The position numbers and the translations under genes were made by a program. Shown one piece after another: positions 36,182 through 45,437 of a stretch of DNA of 64,000 bases (the stretch's first letter is position 1; every line of letters starts with the position of its first letter). A model generated the notes under the pieces. The model searched no databases, was not told the origin of the DNA, and saw nothing but the letters and a program-made list of their open reading frames with translations. This DNA is from Deltaproteobacteria bacterium (lineage in GTDB: Bacteria; Myxococcota_A; Polyangia; Fen-1088). The DNA lies in assembly GCA_033763315.1 (NCBI GenBank), contig JANRKS010000019.1:288001-352000 (forward strand), given 5' to 3'.

Positions 36182-38031
36182 CGGGCGGGGCCCAAAATGA
36201 CGGCTGACCATGCCGCCAGGGTCACACTGGCGCCTTCTTGCTGAGCCTCCACGCGCGGCCACATCTCGCGCGCCGAACCTGCGCCGCCAAAGCGTGGCTC
36301 GTCAGACGCCAGCAAGACCACGGCCGTGGACGGCAACGCAGGCAAGGGAACGCGCAACGGCCGTGGCGAGAAATTCGCTGCCACCGCCACCCATGAATCG
36401 GGTGCGGCAAACTGCATGGTGACTAGGTGGCCTGCCACGTCGTCGCAGAACACACGAAATTGATGCCGATCCAACCCGCGCAACGCCGGATGCTTCTGTC
36501 GAAGGGCGAGCAGATCTTTATAGAGCGCGAGGATGAGGCTGTGTGGCGGTTGCGCCAACTTCGCCCAATCAAGTTTGCTGGCGGTCATCGCGACCTTCAG
36601 TGTGGGGTCTGCAAAAGCATGATCGCGGTTGAACTCGTCGAATTCCGCTTGGCGTCCGCGCCGAACCGCGTCCATCAAATGGCGATCGCTGTGATCCACG
36701 AAGTAGTTGAACGGCTGCGTTTCGCCATATTCTTGGCCCATGAACAACAGCGGCACGTTGGGCGCCGTTAACAGCACCACGGCCGCCAAGCGTTCTTTCG
36801 CTTCGTCGAAACACGTGCTGATGCGCAGACCGCCCGTGGCGTTGGCCACTTGATCGTGGTTCTGGGAAAACACCACGAATTGCCACCCATCACGCTGCGA
36901 GCCGCTGCTGCCGCGGCGACGCTTATAAAAAACGGAGGGCCGGCCATCGTACGCAAAGCCATGTTTGAGGGCCTTCGGCAGCTCGCGCAGACCCGCAAAA
37001 TCGGCGAAGTAACTCACGGGGTGGCCGCCCAAGGCGGTCCACAAGGATCGATGAAAATCTTCGCTCCATTGGCCGTGCAAACCCAATCCACCTTCGGCCA
37101 ACGGGGTTATCAAGCGCGCGTCGTTGGCATCGCTTTCGGCGATCAAATGCAGCGGGCGGTTAAGGCGCGCTTCTTCGGCGGCGCACAGTTCTGCCATCTC
37201 GGCCAGCAAGTGCTTGGGCGAGGTGTCGAGGATACATTGTGTGGCATCCAAGCGAAGCGCATCGAAATGGTATTCGCTGAACCAATGCAAGGCATTGTCG
37301 AGAAAATACCGCCTCACCTCATCGCTGTGCTCGCCATCGAAGTTCAGCGCCGCGCCCCAGGGGGTTGTATAGCGGTTGGTGAAGTACGGTCCGAAGTCAC
37401 CAACGTAGGTGCCTTCGGGGCCGAGGTGGTTGTAAACAACATCCAGCACGCAGGCCATGCCAAGGTTGTGGCACTCGTTCACCAGGGCTTTCAACCCTGC
37501 GGGGCCACCATAGGTGTTTTGAGGCGCGTAGATAAACGCGCCGTCATAGCCCCAATTGCGTTCACCAGGAAACTGCGCCACGGGCATAAGCTGCACGGCG
37601 GTCACACCAAGATCGCGCAGGTAAGGCAGCTTCTCCATTGCCGCTTCAAAGGTGCCGCCGGGCGTGAACGTGCCCACATGAAGCTCGTAGATCACGTATT
37701 CCGCGAGCGGCAACCCGCGCCACGCGGCGTCGGTCCACAGAAAGCCTTTGGGGTTCACCACGCGTGAGGCGCCATGGACACCATGCGGTTGATGGCGTGA
37801 GGCGGGGTCGGGGCGCTCGGGCCCATCATCGAGAGCGAACAGGTAGTCCATGCCCTCGCGAGCGTCTGGCACAATCGCGCTGTGGTAGCCGCGCGTGGTG
37901 GGCGAAAGCGGGAACCGTTGCCCCAGCGCGGGCACAACCACCGAAACGCTGTTGGCGAACGGCGCCCACACGGTGAACTGCACACCTTCGGTGCGAACCT
38001 GCGCGCCCAGCTCAAGAGAGAATGGCTTCAT
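36178..38031 (-). CDS. treZ: Malto-oligosyltrehalose trehalohydrolase (GH13)
   Basis: FTVWAP, DPASR.QP.GVHG, YELHVGTFT, RNWGYDG, DVVYNHLGPEG, LRLDA, LIAESD, QNHDQ, LFMGQEY. Confidence 0.94.
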   Translation of the reverse strand: MKPFSLELGAQVRTEGVQFTVWAPFANSVSVVVPALGQRFPLSPTTRGYHSAIVPDAREGMDYLFALDDGPERPDPASRHQPHGVHGASRVVNPKGFLWTDAAWRGLPLAEYVIYELHVGTFTPGGTFEAAMEKLPYLRDLGVTAVQLMPVAQFPGERNWGYDGAFIYAPQNTYGGPAGLKALVNECHNLGMACVLDVVYNHLGPEGTYVGDFGPYFTNRYTTPWGAALNFDGEHSDEVRRYFLDNALHWFSEYHFDALRLDATQCILDTSPKHLLAEMAELCAAEEARLNRPLHLIAESDANDARLITPLAEGGLGLHGQWSEDFHRSLWTALGGHPVSYFADFAGLRELPKALKHGFAYDGRPSVFYKRRRGSSGSQRDGWQFVVFSQNHDQVANATGGLRISTCFDEAKERLAAVVLLTAPNVPLLFMGQEYGETQPFNYFVDHSDRHLMDAVRRGRQAEFDEFNRDHAFADPTLKVAMTASKLDWAKLAQPPHSLILALYKDLLALRQKHPALRGLDRHQFRVFCDDVAGHLVTMQFAAPDSWVAVAANFSPRPLRVPLPALPSTAVVLLASDEPRFGGAGSAREMWPRVEAQQEGASVTLAAWSAVILGPAR

Positions 38032-38036
38032 TGACC

Positions 38037-39413
38037 TTAGGGCGGTGTGGCGCCACTGGCCACGCCGTAACGTTCAAGCTTACGGTACAAGGTTTTTCGA
38101 TCCAAGCCCAGGATGCGTGCGGCCTCTGTGCGGCTGCCCCCCACGGCCTTCAAAACGCGCAAGATGTAGCGTTTCTCGATCTCATCCATCGTGACCAGAT
38201 CTTTTGGATCTTCACTTGGCAGCAGTTGGTAGTGCGTTTTGTGTTTGCGCACGCGCTCTGGCAAGTCAGCCGCCGTGACGTGATCGAACCGCGTTAACGC
38301 CACCGCGCGCTCGATGCAATTGCGCAGCTCGCGCACATTGCCGGGCCAGGTGTAGCTTGCAAGTTTCTGCGCCGCCTGCGGCGAGAGACCTTTGACGGCC
38401 TTTTGCGCCTGTGCCGCGAACTGCAGCACAAAGTGCTGCGCAAGCAGCAGTACGTCATCGCCGCGCGTGCGCAGGGGCGGCAAGTCAATCGTGATCACCG
38501 CCAAACGGAAATACAGGTCTTCACGGAACGTGCGTGCTGCCACCGCCGCTTCCAAATCGCGATTCGTGGCAGCGATGATGCGCGCGTCGAAGGGGATCTC
38601 TGTTTCGCCTCCCACGGGGCGCACGCGGCGGTCTTGTAAAGCGCGCAGCAGCTTGGGCTGGATCTCGATCGGCATGTCGCCCACTTCATCCAACAGCAAA
38701 GTGCCGCCATTGGCGCGTACGAACAGGCCCGTTTTGTTGGTGCGTGCGTCGGTGAATGCGCCTTTGGTGTGGCCAAACAGTTCGCTTTCAAGCAGATTCG
38801 CTGGCATCGCGGCGCAGTTGATCGCCACGAACGGCCCATCTTTGCGCGCGCTGCGTGCCGCCAACGCGCGCGCGACCACTTCCTTGCCTGTGCCACTTTC
38901 GCCCGTGAGCAGCACCGAGGATGGTGTGGCGCCCACGCGATCCAACACATCGTAAACCGCGGTGATGGCGGGGCTGCGGCCAAGCAGATCCGTTGACTGC
39001 GGTGCGTTTGCGGGTGGGCTTCGCAGCTTGCGTACAGTGGCCTGCAGTTTTGCGTCCGCGATTACACGCGTCAATGCGCTTTGTAAAGCGCTGGCGTCAA
39101 ACGGGGGTACCAAACAATCCGCCGCACGCGCGCGCAACGCCGCAAGCGCCAACATGAGGTTGGCGGAAGGGTTAAGCAAGATCACAGGCAGGTCCGGGTG
39201 CGTCTCTTCGGCGCGCCGGCAGATCGCCAGTCCGTCCACGTCACCGCCAAGTTCGATCTCACTGATCACGGCTTCGAAGGCCTGTTGTTGCAGCTGTTGC
39301 AAAGCCGCGTTGCCGTCGCCCACAGCCACCACGTGCCAGCCTTGGCGCACCAACGCCGTACCAAGCTGTTCGCGTTGGGTGGCGTTGCTGTCAACCAAAA
39401 GCAGTCGCTTCAT
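38037..39413 (-). CDS. Sigma54-dependent enhancer-binding protein with degenerate receiver domain
   Basis: GESGTGKE, INCAA, ESELFGH.KGAFTDA, LLLDEVG, FREDLYFRL, WPGNVREL, Fis-type HTH; receiver lacks phospho-Asp. Confidence 0.93.
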   Translation of the reverse strand: MKRLLLVDSNATQREQLGTALVRQGWHVVAVGDGNAALQQLQQQAFEAVISEIELGGDVDGLAICRRAEETHPDLPVILLNPSANLMLALAALRARAADCLVPPFDASALQSALTRVIADAKLQATVRKLRSPPANAPQSTDLLGRSPAITAVYDVLDRVGATPSSVLLTGESGTGKEVVARALAARSARKDGPFVAINCAAMPANLLESELFGHTKGAFTDARTNKTGLFVRANGGTLLLDEVGDMPIEIQPKLLRALQDRRVRPVGGETEIPFDARIIAATNRDLEAAVAARTFREDLYFRLAVITIDLPPLRTRGDDVLLLAQHFVLQFAAQAQKAVKGLSPQAAQKLASYTWPGNVRELRNCIERAVALTRFDHVTAADLPERVRKHKTHYQLLPSEDPKDLVTMDEIEKRYILRVLKAVGGSRTEAARILGLDRKTLYRKLERYGVASGATPP

Positions 39414-40168
39414 GGGGCACGGGAAACATACACGGAAACACGCGCTCTGTTCAGACGGAAGCCCATCGCCGCCACGCTTGCCACCAAGGCAGCCATCACG
39501 CGCGGTTGCACTTTGGGAACGAGCCGCGCTTGGTTGACTTCAAGCTCAAACCCGATGTAGCGGCCCGGCGCGTGCCGCTTACGAAGCGACGACGCCAAGC
39601 CGTCGCCCTTGCCCAGGTAAGGATAGTTGCGGCGTACCGCCAGGGTGGGCTCGGCTTCCTTCAGGGATGCCACCCACCGTGAGGCCATCGTCGCTTCGCC
39701 GGCGCGCGCAGGGTCGTAAAGCAAACCAATGTCAGCGGTGCGCGTGTCCTGCCGGCCATCTTCGTGAACCAGCACCGGTGTGAAGCTGTGGACGGCGATG
39801 TGCACCACTTGCCCATACCGCGCGATCGCTTGTGCCACATGATCGCCCACCGCTTGCCAATGCGGTGTGTGGTATTTCTCCAACAGGTTCTGTTGCTGCG
39901 CCACTGGCAGATTCTGAACCAGCGGTGAGAACACGCGTGGGTTGCTGGGCGATCGGTTCATGTCCACCAAGAGGCGGCTGATCTTGCCCTCAAACAGCGG
40001 CGCGGCGAACCGTTGGGCCAAAGTGCGTGCCACGGGCAGGGCCCCCAAATCCAATTCGCGATGCGTGCCGCGGTGTTTGTGGTTGATCAACAGCGGCCGC
40101 AAAGCGGGCGGCACAAACGCACTTGCGTGTTCGCACGTGAACAGCAGATGCGGGGTGTGCTTGGCCAT
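39410..40168 (-). CDS. N-formylglutamate amidohydrolase family protein
   Basis: TCEHAS..VP, DLGA, SRLLVDMNR, YH.P.W, VHSFTP, DIGLLYD, NYPY, ELEV. Confidence 0.88.
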   Translation of the reverse strand: MAKHTPHLLFTCEHASAFVPPALRPLLINHKHRGTHRELDLGALPVARTLAQRFAAPLFEGKISRLLVDMNRSPSNPRVFSPLVQNLPVAQQQNLLEKYHTPHWQAVGDHVAQAIARYGQVVHIAVHSFTPVLVHEDGRQDTRTADIGLLYDPARAGEATMASRWVASLKEAEPTLAVRRNYPYLGKGDGLASSLRKRHAPGRYIGFELEVNQARLVPKVQPRVMAALVASVAAMGFRLNRARVSVYVSRAP

Positions 40169-40180
40169 GCCACGGTCACA

Positions 40181-41449
40181 TTAGCGCAGATCGCCGCTGA
40201 AGAAGGTGTTGCTAGCCAAAGCGGTGGCCAGCCGCCCGCACACTTCGTGCAGCTTGGCGGGCGAGGGGTTTGCCCCCACCGCGCTCAACAGGCGCCGGCT
40301 TAAGCAGCCGTGCTGCGCGTAATGATCATAAAAGCCTTGCCACATGGCCTCGTCTGGCCCCGTCAACGTCAGCCGGCTTCGCAGCTGCAACCACACATCT
40401 CGAGCGCGTTGGGGGTGCGTTGCCAACCCCAGCAGTTCCAGCAAAGTCGGGTTATCGATCAGCGCTTCGTCACCGCGTTTCATGGTGGCATTGAGCACCT
40501 GGGCCAACTGATCTTCATCCGCTTGCTTCTGTGCGGCCGTGGCGCTCAATTCCTCGGTGGCCAAAGCCTTCACCAGCGCGCAGACGAGCGCCACGATCGC
40601 GGCGTCCGCGTTGGCGCATTCTTGCACGTCAAGAAGCCGGATCTCGATGGCGCTTCGATCGAACCGGGCGATCGCACCGCGCGAATTGGCCCATTCATGC
40701 GCCAACAAGCCCTCGGGATCGCTCGGTGCCAGATCGGCGTAGATGCGCGCCAAAATCTCGTGTTCGTAAGCGGCGCGCGTGAAGACGCGCTCTGGGATCA
40801 CCGTGCCGCTCACGAAGGGCACGCGGCGCGCGTTGCTGCGGTAATGGAAAAGCCGCGTGTCCGCCCACCCCGTGGTGTTGCCTTCGGCAAAGGGCGAGCT
40901 GGCCGCCAGGGCGGGCAGAAGCGGAAGCACCACGCGAATCGCCGCGTGAAGGCGCCCGAATTCATCGTCGTTCGCAAACGGCAGATTGATGTGCACCGAT
41001 TGCAAGTTTGCCCACCCATGGCCGCGGCAGTCGAAGATGCGATCAAACGCGGCGTAAACCACATCGTAATCATGTGGCCACAGCTTCATCTCCTTCCACG
41101 GATCCATGAACGGGTGCATGGCCGTAGGCAACAAACAAGCCTTCATCGGCGCCAAGGCAGCGTTGGCCGCCGTGACTTGTTCCGCGATGTCTCGGCCCAA
41201 CCCCGCCAAAGACGCCACAGGACCGTTGGTTTTGAACTCGATCAAATGCAATGTCAGCTCGTTCGACCACGCCATCGCTCCACGCTCAAACTCACTTGTG
41301 ATCTCCCCATGAACCGCTGCGATAAGCTGGTCGGCGATCGGCCGCACGGCAAACGTTTCCCGATCGACGATCATGTACTCCACCTCAACGCCTGTGACGT
41401 CAAACAGGTGGTAAGCGGGCGTTTCTGCGTCGTCGTGTTGCGTGCTCAT
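40181..41449 (-). CDS. Glutamate-cysteine ligase family 2 (carboxylate-amine ligase)
   Basis: GVEVEY, NEL..HLIE, MHP, SVHIN, ALAASSPF, SRGAIARF..IEIR..D. Confidence 0.88.
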   Translation of the reverse strand: MSTQHDDAETPAYHLFDVTGVEVEYMIVDRETFAVRPIADQLIAAVHGEITSEFERGAMAWSNELTLHLIEFKTNGPVASLAGLGRDIAEQVTAANAALAPMKACLLPTAMHPFMDPWKEMKLWPHDYDVVYAAFDRIFDCRGHGWANLQSVHINLPFANDDEFGRLHAAIRVVLPLLPALAASSPFAEGNTTGWADTRLFHYRSNARRVPFVSGTVIPERVFTRAAYEHEILARIYADLAPSDPEGLLAHEWANSRGAIARFDRSAIEIRLLDVQECANADAAIVALVCALVKALATEELSATAAQKQADEDQLAQVLNATMKRGDEALIDNPTLLELLGLATHPQRARDVWLQLRSRLTLTGPDEAMWQGFYDHYAQHGCLSRRLLSAVGANPSPAKLHEVCGRLATALASNTFFSGDLR

Positions 41450-42912
41450 GTGCCGATGGGGGATTTGCCGCGGTCTTCAAGCCGATCATAAAACGTGCGC
41501 ATGATGTCGCGGTAAAGATCTTCTTTGAGAACCGCGTCCTCAACGCCTGCGTCAACGTTGGGGTTGTCGTTGACTTCGATGATCAGGAATTGGCCGTCCA
41601 CTTCTTTGAGGTCCACGCCGTATAGGCCGCGGCCGATCAAGCGGGAAGCCTTGACGGCCAGCTCGATGGCCCGCGGCGGCGCCGCGCCGATCGGCAGCGT
41701 TTCCACCTTGCCATAGCGGGCGCCCGTTTCGCCGCTCTTGCGGATCTGCCAATGCCCCTGCGCCATATGGTATTTGCAGGCGTAAAGCGGTTTGCCGTCA
41801 AGCACACCAATGCGCCAGTCATAACCTGTGGGCACAAAGCTTTGCGCCACCACCAAATCCGAGTCTTCCAAAAACTCGTCCAACACGCGGTGCAGATCTT
41901 CGCCCGTTTGCGCCCGCACCACACCCATCGAAAAAGCACTGTCGGGCCGCTTAAGCACGCACGGCAAGCCCAGCGTCTCTGCCACCTGCTCGCGGTTGTC
42001 CTTGTGAACGATGAATGTCTTGGGAATGGGCAGGCCATGCCGGCCAAACAAGTCCGCCAAATACACTTTGTTTGAGCAGCGAATGATCGATTGCGGATCG
42101 TCGATCACCACCAAACCCTCCGCCTCGGCGCGCGTGGCAAACCGATACGTGTAATGGTTCACCGCCGTGGTGGTCCGTATGAAAAGCGCGTCGTATTCGG
42201 CCAGCGACCCAAAGTCGTCTTTCGTGATGAGTTGCGCGTCGATGTGAAGCTCTTTGGCGGCCGCCACAAACCGCGCCACGGCCTTGGCGTCGCTTGGCGA
42301 ATCCTGCGCTTCCGGGTCCACAAGGATCGCCAAGTCGTATCGAGGCCGAAACGACGCCGCGGGCTTCTTCCGGGAAAAGTAGCTTTCGGCCTGTGAGCAG
42401 ACAAATTCCCGATGCGCGTCCGGAATGTCACTGCTGGCGATTGGCCGCAGCTTCGTTAACCGCCAATGATGTTTGTGGCGGTGAAACTCGGCCCGCAGCA
42501 ACGGGGCAGGGAAGTGATTAAACAGCGATTGGCTGAGCCGATCGTACCGCGCCGCCATGTTGCGGCCGAAGTAGATCGAAAGCTCAAACGTATCCGACTT
42601 CAGGCTTTCGAGACTACGTTCGATGGGGCCTTCGAGCTCTTGCGAGGTCAGTTTTACAAGCGACAGCTCGCGCAGATCCTGAATCGTGTTCACCGACGGC
42701 AAGGCCCTATGCCCACGGGCGGCCGCCAGCAGGGAAACATAGTAACCGAGGCTCTGGTACCTATAGGTCTTGCAGAGGTTGAACACCTTTGCGCGCTTGA
42801 GCTCAGCGTATTGCGGGTTGGTCAGATAGTCGCGGGCGCCGATAACCTCGGTGCCGGGAATGTGCATGTTCCATTTTTTGTGGTTCTCGACAACAACCAG
42901 GGTGCGTGACAT
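41446..42912 (-). CDS. RimK-family ATP-grasp ligase with N-terminal RLAN-like domain
   Basis: VFNLCKTYRYQSLGYYVSLLA.ARGH (RLAN), CSNK, VLKRPDSAFS.GV, DWRIGVL, GVDLKE, IEVNDNP. Confidence 0.9.
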   Translation of the reverse strand: MSRTLVVVENHKKWNMHIPGTEVIGARDYLTNPQYAELKRAKVFNLCKTYRYQSLGYYVSLLAAARGHRALPSVNTIQDLRELSLVKLTSQELEGPIERSLESLKSDTFELSIYFGRNMAARYDRLSQSLFNHFPAPLLRAEFHRHKHHWRLTKLRPIASSDIPDAHREFVCSQAESYFSRKKPAASFRPRYDLAILVDPEAQDSPSDAKAVARFVAAAKELHIDAQLITKDDFGSLAEYDALFIRTTTAVNHYTYRFATRAEAEGLVVIDDPQSIIRCSNKVYLADLFGRHGLPIPKTFIVHKDNREQVAETLGLPCVLKRPDSAFSMGVVRAQTGEDLHRVLDEFLEDSDLVVAQSFVPTGYDWRIGVLDGKPLYACKYHMAQGHWQIRKSGETGARYGKVETLPIGAAPPRAIELAVKASRLIGRGLYGVDLKEVDGQFLIIEVNDNPNVDAGVEDAVLKEDLYRDIMRTFYDRLEDRGKSPIGT

Positions 42913-42928
42913 CTGCTGTGCGTTTGAG

Positions 42929-43729
42929 CTAACGGCTGGATTGGGCAGGATCCTGAGGCTCAATCACCAACAGATTGGCATCGTAGGTCACGATCCCCAA
43001 AAGAATGGCGGTTTTGAGTCGGTCCATATGAACGTCGTAGTACTGGGAGCTAAAGCCGGGGTTGTCATGCAAAGGGTCTGCCACGCGGACCGTGCGTTCC
43101 TCGGCGTTGTAACCCGCCAGCACCACGAAGTGGCCCGTCGGCTCACCTTTGACGTCGTCGTAGGCGTCGTTGAGCTCGCGGGCGCAGCCGTAAAGATAGG
43201 TGGCCGATAGACCCGTCAAAAGCGGTATGCCCCGGTTCAAGTGCCGGCGGATGAGGCCCGCCGTCAGCTCGCGGAACTCCAACCGTCCTCCGAGCGCAAA
43301 AAAATGCAGGTATGACTGGGTGGCCCCGGCCAACTTGGGATCGGCTTTGGCCTGTCGTTGCGCCTCAAGCCGATGCACGATGTCTTTGCCGCGCCCGTCG
43401 TTGAACCAAGTGGGATCAAACAGCTGCAAGTTGTAGGTGATGATCGTCGCGCGGTATCCGCGCTCCAGGGCGTGGCACGCCAAATTGACCGCCAACGTGC
43501 CGCCCGTTTCCAGGGGTTCGATCTCGTCGATGATTTGCTGCAAATCTTTGTGGTCGCCGAAATATCGATACACTGCGTGAAGGCAGGTTGGGCCGCACGT
43601 GGTGTTCGTGGGTTGCGGCAGAACCTCGAAATCCACTCGATCTTTGCCCACGAAGCCCCGCAACCGCGCCGATTTGGGCGGGTCGACGTCAATCGCGAGC
43701 ACGACCGAGTCATCCGTGGTGTTGGTCAT
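42929..43729 (-). CDS. C39-like papain-fold peptidase
   Basis: QP..TTCGPTCL (Cys), GHFVVL.GY (His), VADP (Asp). Confidence 0.85.
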   Translation of the reverse strand: MTNTTDDSVVLAIDVDPPKSARLRGFVGKDRVDFEVLPQPTNTTCGPTCLHAVYRYFGDHKDLQQIIDEIEPLETGGTLAVNLACHALERGYRATIITYNLQLFDPTWFNDGRGKDIVHRLEAQRQAKADPKLAGATQSYLHFFALGGRLEFRELTAGLIRRHLNRGIPLLTGLSATYLYGCARELNDAYDDVKGEPTGHFVVLAGYNAEERTVRVADPLHDNPGFSSQYYDVHMDRLKTAILLGIVTYDANLLVIEPQDPAQSSR

Positions 43730-44864
43730 CGTTGGGCAACACTCCCGCATCGTCAGCTTTTAGCCAACCCTTGCGCCCAAAATAGACAAGGAAGATAGCC
43801 ACGGTGGCTGCCATAAGGGCCAGGGCGAAGGGGTAGCCATAGTACCAGCTGAGCTCTGGCATGTTCCACGGCGAGCGAGCGGTTTCGAAGTTCATGCCAT
43901 AGATGCCCGCGATGAAGGAAAGCGGAATGAACAAGGTGGCAATCATCGTCAGCACCTTCATGATTTCATTCATGCGCGCGCTAAGCGCCGACATTTGCAA
44001 ATCGCGCAAGCTGGTGGCCAGCTCTTGGCATCCCTCCACGATGTCCAGCAGCTGCACTGCGTGATCGTGGCAGTCGCGCAAAAAAGGTAGGGTGGCTTCT
44101 TGAATCAGATGCCCCTGATCCCGTCCAAAGGCGTTCAACATCTCGCGGGTTGACCACAGCACGCGGCGAATCACCCGCAGATCGTGGCGAAGCGCGTGTA
44201 TGTCCGCCGCCATCGAATTGGCGTTGGTTGCGGAAACGCGCGCCTCCATGTCTTCCAATCGATCGCTATATTCTTCCAGCAGCGGGAAGAATGAATCGAT
44301 GACAGCGTCGAGAACCGCGTAGGCCAGATAGTCGGCGCCCATATGCCGGATGCGTCCCATCGATTGTCGCAAACGTTGGCGGACGTGATCAAAGCAGTCG
44401 CCGGGGACCTCTTGAATCGAGATTAGAAAACCAGGCCCCACGAACAGCGACAACTGCTCAAACATCAGCGTGTCGCGGTGGCGTTCGGGCATCTTCACCA
44501 CGACAAAGAGATGGTTCGGAAACTCTTCTAACTTCGGCCGCTGCTTGCCGTTGACCACGTCTTCGAGGGCCAGGGGGTGAAGGCCAAAGATTTCACCCAG
44601 CCGCCGAATCTGTTCGGCATCACCTGTGCCTGTGACGTCAACCCAGCGCACGCCGCTGACGTCACCATGAGGCCCCAGCGCGTCGATGGCACAGAGCGGT
44701 TTTTCTTCGAGCTTATCGGCATTGAAGGTCCACAGATGCACGGTTGTGGGCGGCGCGCCCGCGGCGGAAACCAGCGAACCAGGCAGTGTGCCCACGGTTT
44801 GAGGCAGGCGCTGCTCGATCTTTGCCCGCCGCCGTCGACGCAGGCGTGACTTGCCCTTGGCCAT
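43710..44864 (-). CDS. corA: Magnesium/cobalt transporter CorA
   Basis: LHPLALED, QRPKLE, MNEIMKVLT, GIYGMNF, MPEL.W. Confidence 0.95.
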   Translation of the reverse strand: MAKGKSRLRRRRRAKIEQRLPQTVGTLPGSLVSAAGAPPTTVHLWTFNADKLEEKPLCAIDALGPHGDVSGVRWVDVTGTGDAEQIRRLGEIFGLHPLALEDVVNGKQRPKLEEFPNHLFVVVKMPERHRDTLMFEQLSLFVGPGFLISIQEVPGDCFDHVRQRLRQSMGRIRHMGADYLAYAVLDAVIDSFFPLLEEYSDRLEDMEARVSATNANSMAADIHALRHDLRVIRRVLWSTREMLNAFGRDQGHLIQEATLPFLRDCHDHAVQLLDIVEGCQELATSLRDLQMSALSARMNEIMKVLTMIATLFIPLSFIAGIYGMNFETARSPWNMPELSWYYGYPFALALMAATVAIFLVYFGRKGWLKADDAGVLPNDDQHHG

Positions 44865-44966
44865 AACAGTTCTTGTAACCCGTCTTTTGCCACGTGTCAG
44901 GTCGTTTGTCCCCGGCGACTGCTAGCCTTGCGCGGGCTCAGCACGCAAATCACCGAAGGACTCACA

Positions 44967-45437
44967 ATGCTCGAACTGATTTCTCAGCTCACAAGCCACC
45001 TCGGCCTCTCGCAAGAACAGGCGCAAGGCGGCCTCGGAAGTGTCTTGAATTTCGCCAAAAGCAAGCTCGCCGCCGATGAGTTTGCACAGGTCACAGGCGC
45101 CCTTGGCGCAGGCACAGATGAAGCGATGGCTTTGGCGCAGGGAAAAACCGCGCAGGCCGGTGGTGGGGGCGGCCTCATGGGTGCTTTAGGTGGGCTCGCG
45201 GGCGGTGGCAGCTTGGGCGGCGCGCTCGGTGGTTTGGGCGGCGCGTTGGGCGGTGCGTTCGGAGGCACGGGTGCCGGTGCGTTGGGCGACATCACGAAAA
45301 TGACCGCGCTCGTGAAAAGCTTTGAAGCGTTCAAAATGGACAGCAGCACCCTCACGAAGTTCCTGCCCATCGTGTTGTCGTTTTTGCAGCAAAAAGGCGG
45401 CGACGGACTGGCCGGGTTGATCTCTAAGTTGATCTAG
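44967..45437 (+). CDS. DUF2780-like protein with Gly-rich insert
   Basis: ELISQLTSHLGLSQEQAQGGLGS, F..F.MD, KFLPIVLSFL..KGG. Confidence 0.75.
   Translation: MLELISQLTSHLGLSQEQAQGGLGSVLNFAKSKLAADEFAQVTGALGAGTDEAMALAQGKTAQAGGGGGLMGALGGLAGGGSLGGALGGLGGALGGAFGGTGAGALGDITKMTALVKSFEAFKMDSSTLTKFLPIVLSFLQQKGGDGLAGLISKLI

Noticed and set aside
45160-45290. Gly-rich quasi-repeats as a CRISPR or DNA repeat array
   Set aside because: Low-complexity coding sequence (GGALGG) inside the DUF2780-like gene; no constant repeat-spacer structure anywhere in the window.
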